A DNA stretch of 64,000 nucleotides from Paraspadella gotoi (Eukaryota; Animalia; Chaetognatha). This document shows positions 1 to 12,524 of the stretch, in pieces. The notes below the pieces were generated by a model that worked only from the letters and a program-made list of their open reading frames with translations, was not told where the DNA came from and ran no database searches. A program made the translations under genes and the position numbers. The DNA is taken from contig CM119264.1 of the NCBI GenBank assembly GCA_051294375.1, forward strand, positions 25,978,450 to 26,042,449, read 5' to 3'. The stretch's first letter is position 1. The number at the start of each line of letters is the position of its first letter.

Positions 1-68
<68 letters not shown>

Positions 69-72
69 GAGA

Positions 73-103
<31 letters not shown>

Positions 104-2616
104 CCCGGCCATTTCTCACGTGCGCCGATTATACAACACGTGAAGCAATCACGGATTGTTTATTCTCGCAACGTGAAATTCGTTAAAAATTGTTTTTCAT
201 TCCAGAATCATCGTCGTTGTTTAAATTGATCGCCGATATATATATTCATCTTTTTATCCCGCTTCTTCCATCCCGGAGCGTCTGGAGGAATTGGCACAAA
301 TGAAATTAAGGAGAAGGAAATGGAGGGGGGTAAGAGGGGGGGGAAGGTTTCGTTGGCGGGAAGAAAAAGTTTCGAACGAGAATTCGAGTGGAAATTAATG
401 TAGCGGGCGATGGACTCTACGTTTTCGTTGTTGTTGGTTGTATGTTGTTGTTTTCAAGTTTGTTTTTTTTTTTTACTGTTGTTTAGCATAGATTTTCGCT
501 CATTTTTTTTACTCTTTGTTTTTTCAAGTGTTTTTGTATTGTAGATTTCTAAGGTCTCAGTGGTCCATTGTTTTTTAATTGTTCGTTTTTTCATGTTTGA
601 TTTCCAAAGTTTTATTTTTTTTTTCCGTGGATTTTGTTCTTCTTTGTTTTTCCATCGAGTGAAGTAACAAAAAAAAAAAGCAGCAGGAAACGGCATTCCA
701 AAATTTCAATTTAACGTTCGTGGGCGTTTTTCCTAAATTTAATTACGCAAACTTTCGTAAATTGAAAACGATTTTTGCGATTGATGAACGATGCATCTCC
801 TCGCGCACCTGGGTAGGGAATTGGCTTTTGTTCCACTCCCACTTTTCCTCATTTTTTATTTTTTCGCTAAAAGCCATATTTATTAATTTTTTGGGGAAAA
901 AAATTAATTAGTTGAAAAAAATATTTTTGAGAATTTTTACGATGAAAAAAAAAATTTCGGGTAGACAATTTTTATTTCAAAGAGATTTTTTTTTTGAAAG
1001 TAGCGTATATTTTTTACCTTTTAATATTGTCTTAGAGCAAATTCAAAAGGTTTTTATTTTACTTTACTTCTATATAATTATTTTTGAGATTAATTTCCTA
1101 CAATCTCCATTTTTCTTGATTTTTCTTTCTTACATATATAAATTATATAAATTAAATAAAAACAACTTCAATTTCTGCGTTTTCTTTCTTCTAACTCTCT
1201 CACTCTTATTCTCTCTCTCTTTTTACCTCTTCCTCTCTCCCTTCTCACTTATCCCTGCCTCTCTCTCTCTACATCTCTTTTCCCTCTTGTACTTCTCTTA
1301 TCAAGCCCTAAGGCGAATGAGGCAAGCAGATGATTAAAAGTTCCTCATTAAAAATTACACAGAAACAATGAAGTATTGTTAAGTTCTTTCCTGCGATCGA
1401 GGGCCCCCCATAGGATCCAGTTGATTATCGGCAAATTAAAGGTAGTTCTTAGTTGTTGCACAAAAATATATAAGTTGTTGCAAGGAAAAATAAAATGAAT
1501 AACAATCTTAATTTTTAGCTTAAATTTAGTAAAAATTTTCAATAATTTATTCTAAAAATATTAAAATGAGTACTCTTTTGAATAATCTGAATAATTTTAT
1601 TGTGATCAAAAGTTAACCGGACTTACGTATTTAACAAACAAGAGTTGGAGTTGGAGATCAGTCTCGCATCAGTAATACTGACTCAGTATTGTCTTTGAAA
1701 GTGTGAAATTAAAAGGGTCTTTAAGGACTGAATTTGTATTACCTACTCTTTTTCTATGCACCTACTTTTCCGAGTGAAGAGGAGAACTTTTGCTAAAATT
1801 TGGAGTCGAATTTCTAGATCGGAGAATATAAACAGGTCGACGTGGTACAGAACTCGGTGGGGGGTGCAGGGGGCGGAAGGGGGGAGCGAACGGGGGGGAT
1901 GTTCTTTTAAAATTTCGATCTTGAAAAAAACGAAGGAAATTTCAGAATCTTTTGTGATCGCCATTCTCCCTTCGAATTCGATTCGAAATTCGGCAGATTC
2001 TCTCTTCGTAGCAAATTGATCTGGAAAATATTGTTTTTTCTTTCATGGAAATGTCACGACGCAAGATTCGAATTTTTTTTTTAATCGCTTTTTCATTAAA
2101 TTCATGGGGTAAGCGCTCTAAGTTACTTATTACCTATTTTGTCCATTTTGCTTGCTTTCCTGTACGTATGTTTACAGCTCTTCTCTTTTCTTTCCTTTTT
2201 TTTTTTTTTTTTTTAATCTTGAATTTTTTCTCCTTTTCTCTCTACTTAGTACTATTTTACGACTCGGCCATAAAAATTCCCTAACTTGATGACGCCAAGG
2301 TCAATAACGAATCTTGATTTAATCGCGATGTGGTGATGGAAAGCATTGAAGACAGATAAAATATCTGCCGAATGAAGAAAAAAAAAAATGGTTGCGCGTT
2401 CACCGAAACATCTTGCAAACTTCCACCCCCTCTCTTTTTCCCCTCTTTTCTTTTTTTTAGTGAGGTCACAGAAACTGAAAAGCAGATGAAAAGAAGGTAG
2501 GGATTTCAATGTGGTTCCTATTTTTTAAAATCACAAGATAGTACACGCGTCTTCTCCAAATCGATTCAACCATCGCGGCCTTTGCGGAAAAAAAAAAAAT
2601 GAATGAGAAGAAGAGG

Positions 2617-2648
<32 letters not shown>

Positions 2649-2680
2649 AGAGGAAGTGAGTGAGAGAGAAGAGAGAGGAG

Positions 2681-2712
<32 letters not shown>

Positions 2713-4960
2713 AAGAGAGAGAGAGAAAGAGAGAGAGAGACCCGGCCATTTCTCACGTGCGCCGATTATACAACACGTGAAGCAATCACGGATTGTTTAT
2801 TCTCGCACGTGAAATTCGTTAAAAATTGTTTTCATTCCAGAATCATCGTCGTTGTTTAAATTGATCGCCGATATATTATATTCATCTTTTTATCCCGCTT
2901 CTTCCATCCCGGAGCGTCTGGAGGAAATTGGCACAAATGAAATTAAGGAGAAGAAAATGGAGGGGGGTAAGAGGGGGGGGAAGGTTTCGTTGCGGGAAGA
3001 AAAAGTTTCGACGGAATTCGAGTGGAAATTAATGTAGCGGGCGATGGACTCTACGTTTTCGTTGTTGTTGTTGTTGTTGTTTTCAAGTTTTTTTTTTACT
3101 GTTGTTTACGATAGATTTTCGCTCATTTTTTACTCTTTGTTTTTTCAAGTGTTTTTGTATTGTAGATTTCTAAGGTCTCAGGGTCCATTGTTTTTAAATT
3201 GTTCGTTTTTTCATGTTTGATTTCCAAAGTTTATTTTTTTTGTGGATTTTGTTCTTTCTTTTTTTTTCATCAAGTGAAGTAACAAAAAAAAAAAAGCAGC
3301 AGGAAACGGGCATTCCAAATTCCAATTTAACGTTCGTGGGCGTTTTTCCCTAATTTAATTACGCAAACTTTCGTAAATTGAAACGATTTTTGCGATTGAT
3401 GAACGATGCATCTCCTCGCGCACCTTGGGTAGGGAATTGGCTTTTGTTCCACTCCCACTTTTCCTCATTTTTTATTTTTTCGCTAAAAGCCATATTTATT
3501 AATTTTTGAAAAAAATTAATTAGTTAAAAAATTATTTTTGAGAATTTTTACGATGAAAAAAAAAATTTCGGGTAGACAATTTTTATTTCAAAGAAGATTT
3601 TTTTTTTGAAAGTAGCGTATATTTTTTACCTTTTAATATTGTCTTGAGCAAATTCAAAAGGTTTTTATTTTACTTTACTTCTATATAATTATTTTTGAGA
3701 TTAATTTCCTACAATCTCCATTTTTCTTGATTTTTCTTTCTTACATATATAAATTTATAAATTAAATAAAAACCAACTTTCAATTTCTGCGTTTCTTTCT
3801 TCTAACTCTCTCACTCTTATTTCTCTCTTTCTTTTTACCTCTTCCCTCTCCCTTCTCACTTATCCTGCCTCTCTCTCTACATCTCTTTTCCCTCTTGTAC
3901 TTCTCTTATCAAGCCACTAAGGCGAATAGGCAAGCAGATGATTAAAAGTTCCTCATTAAAAATTACACAGAAACAATGAAGTTTGTTAAGTTCTTTCCTG
4001 CGATCGAGGGCCCCCCATAGGATCCAGTTGATTATTCGCAAATTAAAGGTAGTTCTTAGTTGTTGCACAAAAAATATAAAGTTGTTGCAAGGAAAAATAA
4101 AATGTAACAATCTTAATTTTTAGCTTAAATTTAGTAAAAATTTCAATAATTTATTCTAAAAATATTAAAATGAGTACTCTTTTGAATAATCTGAATAATT
4201 TTATTGTGATCAAAAGTTAACCGGACTTACGTATTTAACAAAACAAGAGTTGGAGTTGGAGATCAGTCACGCATCAGTAATACTGACTCAGGTATTGTCT
4301 TTGAAAGTGTGAAATTAAAAGGGTCTTTAAGGACTGAATTTGTATTACCTACTCTTTTTCTATGCACCTACTTTTCCGAGTGGCGGTAGATGAGCGAAGG
4401 AAGGAGAACTTTGCTAAAAATTTGGAGTCGAATTTCTAGATCGGAGAATATAAACAGGTCGACGTGGTCAGAACTCGGTGGGGGGTGCAGGGGGCCGGAA
4501 GGCGGGGGAGCGAACGGGGGGATGTTCTTTAAAATTTCGATCTTGAAAAAAAACGAAGGAAATTTCAGAATCTTTTGTGATCGCCATTCTCCCTTCGAAT
4601 TCGATTCGAAATTCGGCAGATTCTCTCTTCGTAGCAAATTGATCTGGAAAATATTGTTTTTTCTTTCATGGAAATGTCACGACCAAGATTCGAATTTTTT
4701 TTAATCGCTTTTTCATTAAATTCATGGGGTAAGCGCTCTAAGTTACTTATTACCTATTTTGTCCATTTTGCTTTGCTTTCCTGTACGTATGTTTACAGCT
4801 CTTCTCTTTTCTTTCCTTTTTTTTTTTTTTTTTTAATCTTGAATTTTTTCTCCTTTTCTCTCTTACTTAGTACTATTTTACGACTCGGCCATAAAAATTC
4901 CCTAACTTGATGACGCCAAGGTCAATAACGAATCTTGATTTAATCGCGATGTGGTGATGA
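1..4960. repeat. Tandem near-identical duplication, ~1-2340 vs ~2640-4960 (non-coding; probable assembly or amplification duplicate)
   Basis: Same sequence twice, from (GA)n-CCCGGCCATTTCTCACG through ...AATCGCGATGTGGTGATG; differences are mostly 1-nt homopolymer indels. Confidence 0.9.
2340..2600 (-). repeat. Inverted copy of ~9335-9585 (also ~17650-17900)
   Basis: AATGGTTGCGCGTTCACCGAAACATCTTGCAA here is the reverse complement of TTGCAAGATGTTTCGGTGAACGCGCAACCATT at ~9510-9541; it fuses abruptly to a truncated LTR at ~2340. Confidence 0.85.
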
Positions 4961-5187
4961 GATGAAGTGGTAAAACTTTAGTAGCAACTTCNNNNNNNNN
5001 NNNNNNNNNNNNNNNNATCCGGGGAGTGCTCCTTTGTTTTTCTCTTTCCGTCAGCTGGAGCGCCCTGGCGTCGCGTATAACAGTACTGGAGTTTTCTAAC
5101 TCCCTGAGACCCTGACAACTGATAAACAAATGATCAGTGTTTACTAAATGACGCCAAGTCTGCTCGCCTGTAAGACCTCTCTTTACA
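4864..5187 (-). repeat. 3' LTR (interrupted by the N gap)
   Basis: Aligns to 8016-8318; ...ACTTC[N25]ATCCGGGG vs ...ACTTCATCCGGGG implies a true gap of ~0 bp. Confidence 0.75.
4992..5016. other. Assembly gap (25 N)
   Basis: Run of 25 N. Confidence 1.
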
Positions 5188-6641
5188 CTCCCCCCTGTAC
5201 GTGGCATGGACACTAAAACTTAAGAGGGGTCGTACGTACAGCTGGTCTTTGCCCTAGCGGCATATGTCATTGCTGCAGCGATCAATTCTCCTTCAGCATG
5301 TGTCCCCAGTTTATATCCCCTTCCCCAATGGTGATTGGTTCAGCATGACGTCCCGCTTGAGGCATCCAGATCTCCTTGCCGACCCTTTGGCTCCGTACGG
5401 CCCAAACGGTCCGAACTCCCCCCATTGACGTCCCAAGACGGCTTCACCTTCCCATCAAACCAGCGTCATCTCCTTGACGATTCGAGAGCCGCTGCCAGCG
5501 TCGTCTCCTCGACGACAACTCGAACGGCGGCGTCGTCTCCTTGATGGAGGTCCGAGAGCCACTGCCAGCATCCTCTCCTTGACACTACGGTGCCGCATCC
5601 GTCATTGGCGTCAACCTTTGACGAGGCGCTGACTCAACCCTCTTGACGTTTCTTGATTAGCAACCGGCTGGGCCTAGTTCTGGATTCTCGGCGTCGTCTT
5701 CAAGATGAAGCTTGTCTTGGCGTTGCTTTTACTGCACCCGGCAACATTTTGCCCGGCTCAATGCCGCGGTCTCCATGCCCGGCGACATTTCGCCCTGCTT
5801 GAAGCTATTGTAGGCTTGTTGTTATTTTCTTTTGACGATGACGTTGAACTCCCCCGTAGATGTTCTGGCGCCATCTTTGTCTTGACCGGATCATGGGGTT
5901 CATGCAGGGCATAAAGGTGCATGCTTCGGAGTTGAAACCGATTGTTATACTAAACCTTGTACTCCCATGCTACAAACTGGCTATTCTTGTTTCGAAAGTT
6001 TTTTTCTTGGTCTTCTTCTCCCCCTTCTTGTTTTACAAGATCAAATTGTTTGTTTTGTTCATCATCACTGTATGTAAAAAATGAATCAATTTTATGAATT
6101 TGTTTACGCAATTTGCATTATACAGAAATAAATAACAAAGTTAATTTACATTGTCTTAGTTCGTACAGTCGATTAGTCCATTGCTCAATCCCACGATACA
6201 CTATGCCTCCTGTTGATCAAAGTTTTCCTCATCCGTTGCTAAGCAACCTTAAACTCAATTTTTCATTCTTTGTTGTTGAATTCTCATGGAAGGTTTTTCT
6301 CAAATTTTTTCATTCATTTTTTGTCGTTTTCGTTGAGTGAATTTGTGTAGCAAGTTGTTTTATTATTTATTTATGCTTTTTAACTCTATTTTTTCTTTTT
6401 TCTCAGATATGTTAATTTTTTTCTACTTCCGTTGGTAAGTTGTCACTGTCAAGGTACCGGGCAATAAAAACTCAAATTAGATACAATAAATACTGGATTA
6501 AAGGAAAGTGCTCTCTAGGCCATATGACACGCTGCGTGTGATTCGTGGTTGGCTCTAGAGAGGCCGGCTCGGGCAATTCTGACTTACGACACCAACAGAG
6601 TTCCAGTTCAAAGTTAACGAGAGCGCTTTTTGGAGGCTTTC

Positions 6642-7789
6642 TTAGCCCAGTCCGGATATTCCCATCTCGGCGGTGGAGGCGGAGGCAGCAAAACTGGTTG
6701 CAGAGTCGGCAATATCTTTTTTGACGTTGGCAGTTGACATGGACGTGACGGAGAATTCAAATTGTTCCATGCCAGCTGACGGATGGAACTTAGACAGTCG
6801 TAATTTGGCCTGTAGACTTTCGCGGAATGGCGATGCCAAGCATCTCCTCATTTCCGCCGGCGAGGAGAGTTGTTCCAAACAATCGTACATCTTTCCGCAC
6901 GTCTGACTCCAAAGACGTTCGGTCGTTGCCCGCCTCTGTTCCACCTTTCTTACTCTCCCTTCCAATCTCACCTCTGATTCGATTCACTTCTCTGTTTCTC
7001 TCTTCAGTTCCTGCTCAAATCTTTCAATCTTGATCTTGAACTCCGCCTTCTCCATCTCCGCCTTCAGCAACTCCTGGCTTTGCTGGTGACACCGAGACTC
7101 CAGCTGCGCCCACCTTGCTCCGTCAACTTTGGTTTGGGAAGATGTTGATGCGCTGCTCTGGAGACTTTCCTCAGAGGTTTAGTCGTGGTTGTCTTTTCGT
7201 ATTGGACCGCCGGCGTCGAGTTTTTGAAAATTACAACGCGTGTAGAAGACGTTGCTGCAGTTGACGACAATGATGATGCATGAACAGAGTTTTGATGGGA
7301 AGGACCAGGTCTGAGGAATTTTGCAAGACGAAGGAGCAGTTCTTCATCAGCTCTTTCCTGGATTTTCTGGACAAAGTTGTTTAATTCCTCATCCGTCCAA
7401 CCACGGGTCTTGGCAGCCTTCTTCCACGCCTTCCGGATCTTCCTCACCATCACTCTGTTGCCGTCGGTTTGGAATCCGTCTTTAAAGTAGACTTTGTCGC
7501 TGCTTCCAAGATGATGGGGACGCTAAAATCCACCAATGCCCTTCTGTGAAGAGGAAGCTGCGACTTCTTTTTCAGAAAGCGGGCAGCCTGATCCTCTCCA
7601 GATGCGCTGGTCCCTGGCTCTGGTTGATGCGGCGCAGCCAACACCTCCACCGACTCTGACATATCGATCAAGATTGTTTCTATTTCGGCAACATCTGACT
7701 GGCCCTGGCAAACGGGAAGGTTGTGCCTCTCCTGGTCTGTGGGGGCCCACATGACGTCGTCCAGATCCAGTTCCTGAATAAGATTCCAT
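6642..7789 (-). pseudogene. Frameshifted ORF remnants inside the LTR element (partly coiled-coil, no recognisable family)
   Basis: Consecutive minus-strand ORFs 7450-7752, 7064-7453 and 6642-6971 in element-sense orientation; coiled-coil-like ELLKAEMEKAEFKIKIERFEQELKREK near 7075-6995. Confidence 0.45.
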
Positions 7790-8015
7790 CGTCTTTGTTT
7801 GAATGTTCTTTAAATAGTTTTTTAACTATTTTTTAATTTAGCTGAAATTTCCTGTAATGGGCAAATAAACAATGTAAAAATTTTGAACGTGTAACTTTTA
7901 ATGGCAGCATTGATCACAAAGATTAACATTGTGAGTTCAATTAATTAAATTTCTCTCCGTGCTCGCACTCTTTGGACTTGTTCTCGAATATTCTTTTTCT
8001 TTTTTGGAACTTTAA

Positions 8016-8318
8016 TATTTAGTACTATTCTACGCCTTGGCCGTAAAAATTCCCTAACTTGATGATGCCGTGGTCAATAACGAATCTTGATTTAATCGCG
8101 ATGTGGTTGATGAGATGGAGTGGTAAAGACTTAGTTACTAAGTTTAGTAAGACTTCATCCGGGGAGTGCTCCTTTGTTTTTCTCTTTCCGTCAGCTAGAG
8201 CGCCCTGGCGTCGCGTATAACGGTACTGAGGTTTTCTAACTCCCTGACAACTGATAAACAAATGATCAGTGTTTACTAGATGACGCCAAGTCGCTCGCCC
8301 GTACGACCTCTCTTTACA
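8016..8318 (-). repeat. 5' LTR (third copy at ~16303-16611 in the duplicated block; fragment at ~2243-2340)
   Basis: Direct repeat of 4864-5187 with scattered substitutions. Confidence 0.75.
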
Positions 8319-8381
<63 letters not shown>

Positions 8382-9209
8382 AAGTGTTTTCGATCATGTT
8401 TTCACTCCCGATCGATCTTCTCCGTCGGAAGTTCAGAAAGTATTTCTTCTTCCTTCACTCGAAGTTTGAGTGCGAAGTCTCTTCATCTTACCCTTCCACC
8501 AGCGCACGCGCGTGTATGCTAGTGCGCGCACATTCGATACACAAGCGAACGTGTGACTTCTGGCTTCTTCACCTGTCACTTGGTTTTATTTCTTTTTCTT
8601 TTTCTTTTTCGACGTTTCTTTAAATATAAATCGCAATGCCTTCGATCCGATGCTAAATAATTTTTCAGATGAACAGTTTTTTTTTTTCTCGTTCTCATGC
8701 AAAAGTAATGTTTATTCTTAGATTCAAAGCTCAGCAACTTAGGTTCGCTTCTGCATAACAGGCCTCGACCATGTGCCAATAGATGACCTTCGAGTTCATT
8801 GCCGTCCGAAAATGCAAATCGGAAGTCGTATCTTTTGCTTGCACGAAATATATAAGCAAATATCGGGTTAGCGGAACCGGTGATTGTCGTGTTGGATGTT
8901 ATTATTGAAATTAATCGTATTATTAATTTAGATTTAACACTTGTAGCTTTATTTTGTTAAATAATCGTGCAGCTAAGTTACAAGAAACTATACCATGAAC
9001 ATGATGATAGAATGTTTAGAATCCTGTACATAAAAAAAATAAACAGTGTTAAACACCCCTTTCAAATGGTAAAGATCTGCAGAAATTAAAACATTCGTTC
9101 TGAAAATTTGATGTCGCAAATTCGTCCGGAAGAGGCGCTGTTTCCATCCAAGATTTCCCCCTTTCTACGTATCTGCTTCGAGGCTCATTAATTTTTCATT
9201 TTGTTTCCT

Positions 9210-9293
<84 letters not shown>

Positions 9294-10551
9294 GTTTTTT
9301 CTCCGCGCGATAGATTTTACGGTAGATTTACCCTTCTCTCATTTTTTTTCCGCAAAGGCGCGATGTTGAATCGATGGAGAAGCGCGTGTACTTCTTGTGA
9401 TTGAAAAAATAGGAACCACATTGAAATCCCTCCCTTCTTTTCATCTGTTTTTCAGTTTCTGTTGATCACTAAAAAAAAAGAAGAGGGGAAAAAGAGAGGG
9501 GGGGGGAAGTTGCAAGATGTTTCGGTGAACGCGCAACCATTTTTTTTTTTTCTTCATTCGGCGTTTTTATCTTCTTCAATGCTTTTCAACGCGGCTTATT
9601 TTCACACCTAGAGCGTTGTTTGTATCCGAGATATAACTCCTGTAAAAACGGATTGAGCTTTTGACCTAATTTTCTATGAATTCTTTTTTTTTAAATGGAT
9701 CCGCCGATGTGTACGTATATAATCGGGATGTTTTTTTCTTTCTTTTTTTTCCTTTTTTTTCTTTTTCATCAATAAACCCAGTTTTTTTTTTCCACGATTC
9801 CCGCTTCGCCACGAGCGTGAAACATAATCCAAAACAAACCACGAAATTAGAGATATTAATTTTCCGCGCGAAGACCGGGTACACAGCGCGAGCCGTAAGG
9901 TGCCTGCGAGGAATTATACCAGAAAATTAAAAAAAAAAAGATTTTTTTTTCCTTTTTTCGTCGAAATCCCATTGAATGTTGAATCACACGATGATTCGTT
10001 GGTTTTCTGAAAAATATTTTTTGCTGTGAAATCTTGAAATGTGAAAATTCCCTCTCCCATTCCATTTGGCCGACTCTCGATTCGAACTCAGTTTCGCTCG
10101 GGTAAGAGATGCTTACTCTTTTTTGAAACGATATTTTAAAATATATATTTATATAAACCCTTAGTTTTTTTGTTTTCTTTCACGACATTGTAAAGTTTTT
10201 ATTCATGACGTGACCTTTATATCTGGTTTATTTTATAATCAATGATTCTTTTTTATTTTTTTCCTTATGAAATTACTTTTTCTTTTTTTTTTCTTAAGAT
10301 AAAATCGTTATTTGTTAGGGTAAAATCGTAATAAACCAAGTCTCATATCTTAAGGTTTATTACTTTTAAATCTACTAATCTCCATATACGATATGTAACT
10401 ACTAACTATATTCATGGTAGAAAACGAAAGACTTTTCTTGATTTTACGAAAATATCTATTTCGTCATCTGAAAACTTTTAAAGAATATTGAGATGTAAAA
10501 ACTTTGATTTTCTGAGATACATTTGAAATTTTCTCTCCCTGTTTCACAACT

Positions 10552-10565
10552 GTTGCCATGGCTAC
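10552..10565. promoter_or_regulatory. RFX X-box-like palindrome upstream of ADA
   Basis: GTTGCCATGGCTAC vs the X-box GTTGCCATGGCAAC (13/14), ~560 bp upstream of the ATG; motif match only. Confidence 0.3.
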
Positions 10566-11121
10566 TTTGGCTCGGATATTATGAATAATTTTTACAAGCT
10601 CCTCCAATTTCCAAAGGAGTGGTTTTCATAGAAAAAAAATGTAAAAAGATAAAAATGAGTAAAAGTAAAGTAAAAAAAAAAAGAGAAAAAGTAGAAAAGA
10701 TGAAAATTCGAAGAGATTTTTGGTTCAGATTGATATCCTTTGATTACAATCGCAAAGGAGCCTCTCTCACTTGTTCGAAGCCTCGAAAATGTTTTTCAGT
10801 GATTCACTGAAAAAAACGTGGATGGAGCCAGTTGTGCCGAAATCTTTTTTCCCTCCTTCGCCTCAATCTCATTTTATTTCCACCATGAATATAGACGCTA
10901 TTGATTTTTTTTAACCTTCTGTGTTTGAACTAACAATCGTCAAAGTTTTGTATGAATCATTGTATCATACGACAAGTAAAATAGAACCGTTACATTTTAC
11001 CGTTAATAGCCTCCACTGCCCGCTATCTTTGCCGCCACTGCCCGACATCTCAACCTCAACGTGCCCGCCATTCTAGCCGCCACGTACCGCCATCTTCGAC
11101 GCTCCCTCTTCACTCGGCGCC

Positions 11122-12524
11122 ATGCCTCTTCCAGCGGAAGAAATGGAGCGTTTGTTGCGGGAAATGCCGAAGGTTGAGCTCCACGTGCACCTGGACGGCG
11201 CCATGCGTCCATCCACGCTCTGGTCAATCGCTCGCGCCAAGGGGATGCCGAAGACGCACCCGGACGAGGCGGCGTTCCGCTCGGCATGCATCTGTCGTGA
11301 GGGTGCAACTTTGCCGGAGTTTTTGGAGAAGTTCGCTCTCATGGTCGGACAGATTCGCATTTGATGGATAGTTTTTATATTCTATATTTGATAATAGTAG
11401 TACTTAGTTTTTATTATATTTATTTTATTCAAAGATTAAATGATTGTCAAAGTTTTTTCAACAATGAAACATTAATTTTTATCTAAAATCCTTATTGGAT
11501 CTTATTAAAAAGTTATAGAAATTTAAGTAATAATATAAATGTATAAAATTTTTATTAAACCTTATTAAACCTAATATATTATTTATGTTTTTATTTTCTC
11601 GATTTAAGTTATTGATTATTTAAAAAAATCCAAAATTCTCGCCTCCAATGCGAACCCCGTCCCACGGTCCAGGTCCCGATCGTCGCCGGTGACGCCGAAG
11701 CTGTCCGTCGCATAGCCTACGAATTCTGCCAGGACAAAGCGTCAGAGGGCGTGGTCTACGCGGAGGCGCGTTACGCCCCGCAACTCCTGACGGGTCCGGG
11801 CGTGACGGCGGGCGATATTGTCGAGGCCGTGGCCAGCGGCTTCGACGCCGGGCGCCGCGATTTCGGCGTCGACGTCCGCAGCATCCTCTGCTGCATGCGC
11901 CGCATGGCCAGTGGCTCAGCTGAGGTCGTCGATCTCTGCATCGAATACCGCGATCGAGGCGTCGTCGGGATAGATCTCGCCGGCGACGAATCCGTCACCG
12001 ATCCCGAACACCCCGAAGACCCTGCTCACGTGGAGGCCTTTCGAAAGGCCCGTCAGCACGGCATTCATCGCACCGTCCACGCCGCAGAGTCGGGCCCAGC
12101 ATGGAACGCCTGGCAAGCCGTGGAGGTGATGGGCGCCGAGAGGATCGGCCACTGCTACCACGTGCTCGACGATCCGGAGATTTATCGTCTCGTCCGCGAC
12201 CGAGGCGTCCACATCGAAGTGTGTCCCACTTCCTCGCTGGAGACCGGGTCGGTGGCGCTGGGCGCCGGCGGATGGCCCTCTCATCCGGCGACCGTCTTCG
12301 CCAAGGACGGCGCCAACTTCGGCGTCAATACGGACGATCCCACCGTCTGCGGCGTTGGCCTCGTCGACGAGTTTCGCGTCGTCGCCGTCAAGATGGGCGC
12401 CGGTTTGAAAACGCTCGTCGCCGGCGTCAGGAACGCCGCCGGGGCGACCTTTTTGGGGGAAGAGGAGAAGAAAAAGTTGGTGGAGAAGATCGAGGGGAAG
12501 TTGAAGGAGTTGGGGTTGGCTTGA
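11122..12524 (+). CDS. ADA: Adenosine deaminase (ADA1-type), exons 11122-11343 and 11673-12524, 357 aa
   Basis: PKVELHVHLDG (Zn HxH), spliced LPEFLEKFALM|VPIVAGDAEAVRRIAYEF, GVVGIDLAGDE, RTVHAAE, ERIGH, EVCPTSS, NTDDP; phase-0 GT-AG intron. Confidence 0.95.

Larger units (their letters stand above)
4864..8318 (-). mobile_element. Non-autonomous/degenerate LTR-type retroelement (~3.45 kb)
   Basis: ~300-bp direct repeats at 4864-5187 and 8016-8318, starting TGTAAAGAGAGGTC on the minus strand. Polypurine tract AGGGGGGAG (5188-5196) abuts the 3' LTR. CTCTC lies on both flanks (possible 5-bp TSD). No RT or integrase motifs seen. Confidence 0.7.

Noticed and set aside
2466-2859. SLSLSL/ERERER ORFs (also ~14154-14738, 30402-31060, 45548-45832 tail, 57538, 58839)
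   Set aside because: These are translations of GA/CT or CTTT microsatellites, not genes.
5985-6060. Chromodomain-like FDLVKQEGGEED in the LTR element (minus strand)
   Set aside because: The key aromatic residues are missing and the frame has stops; too weak.
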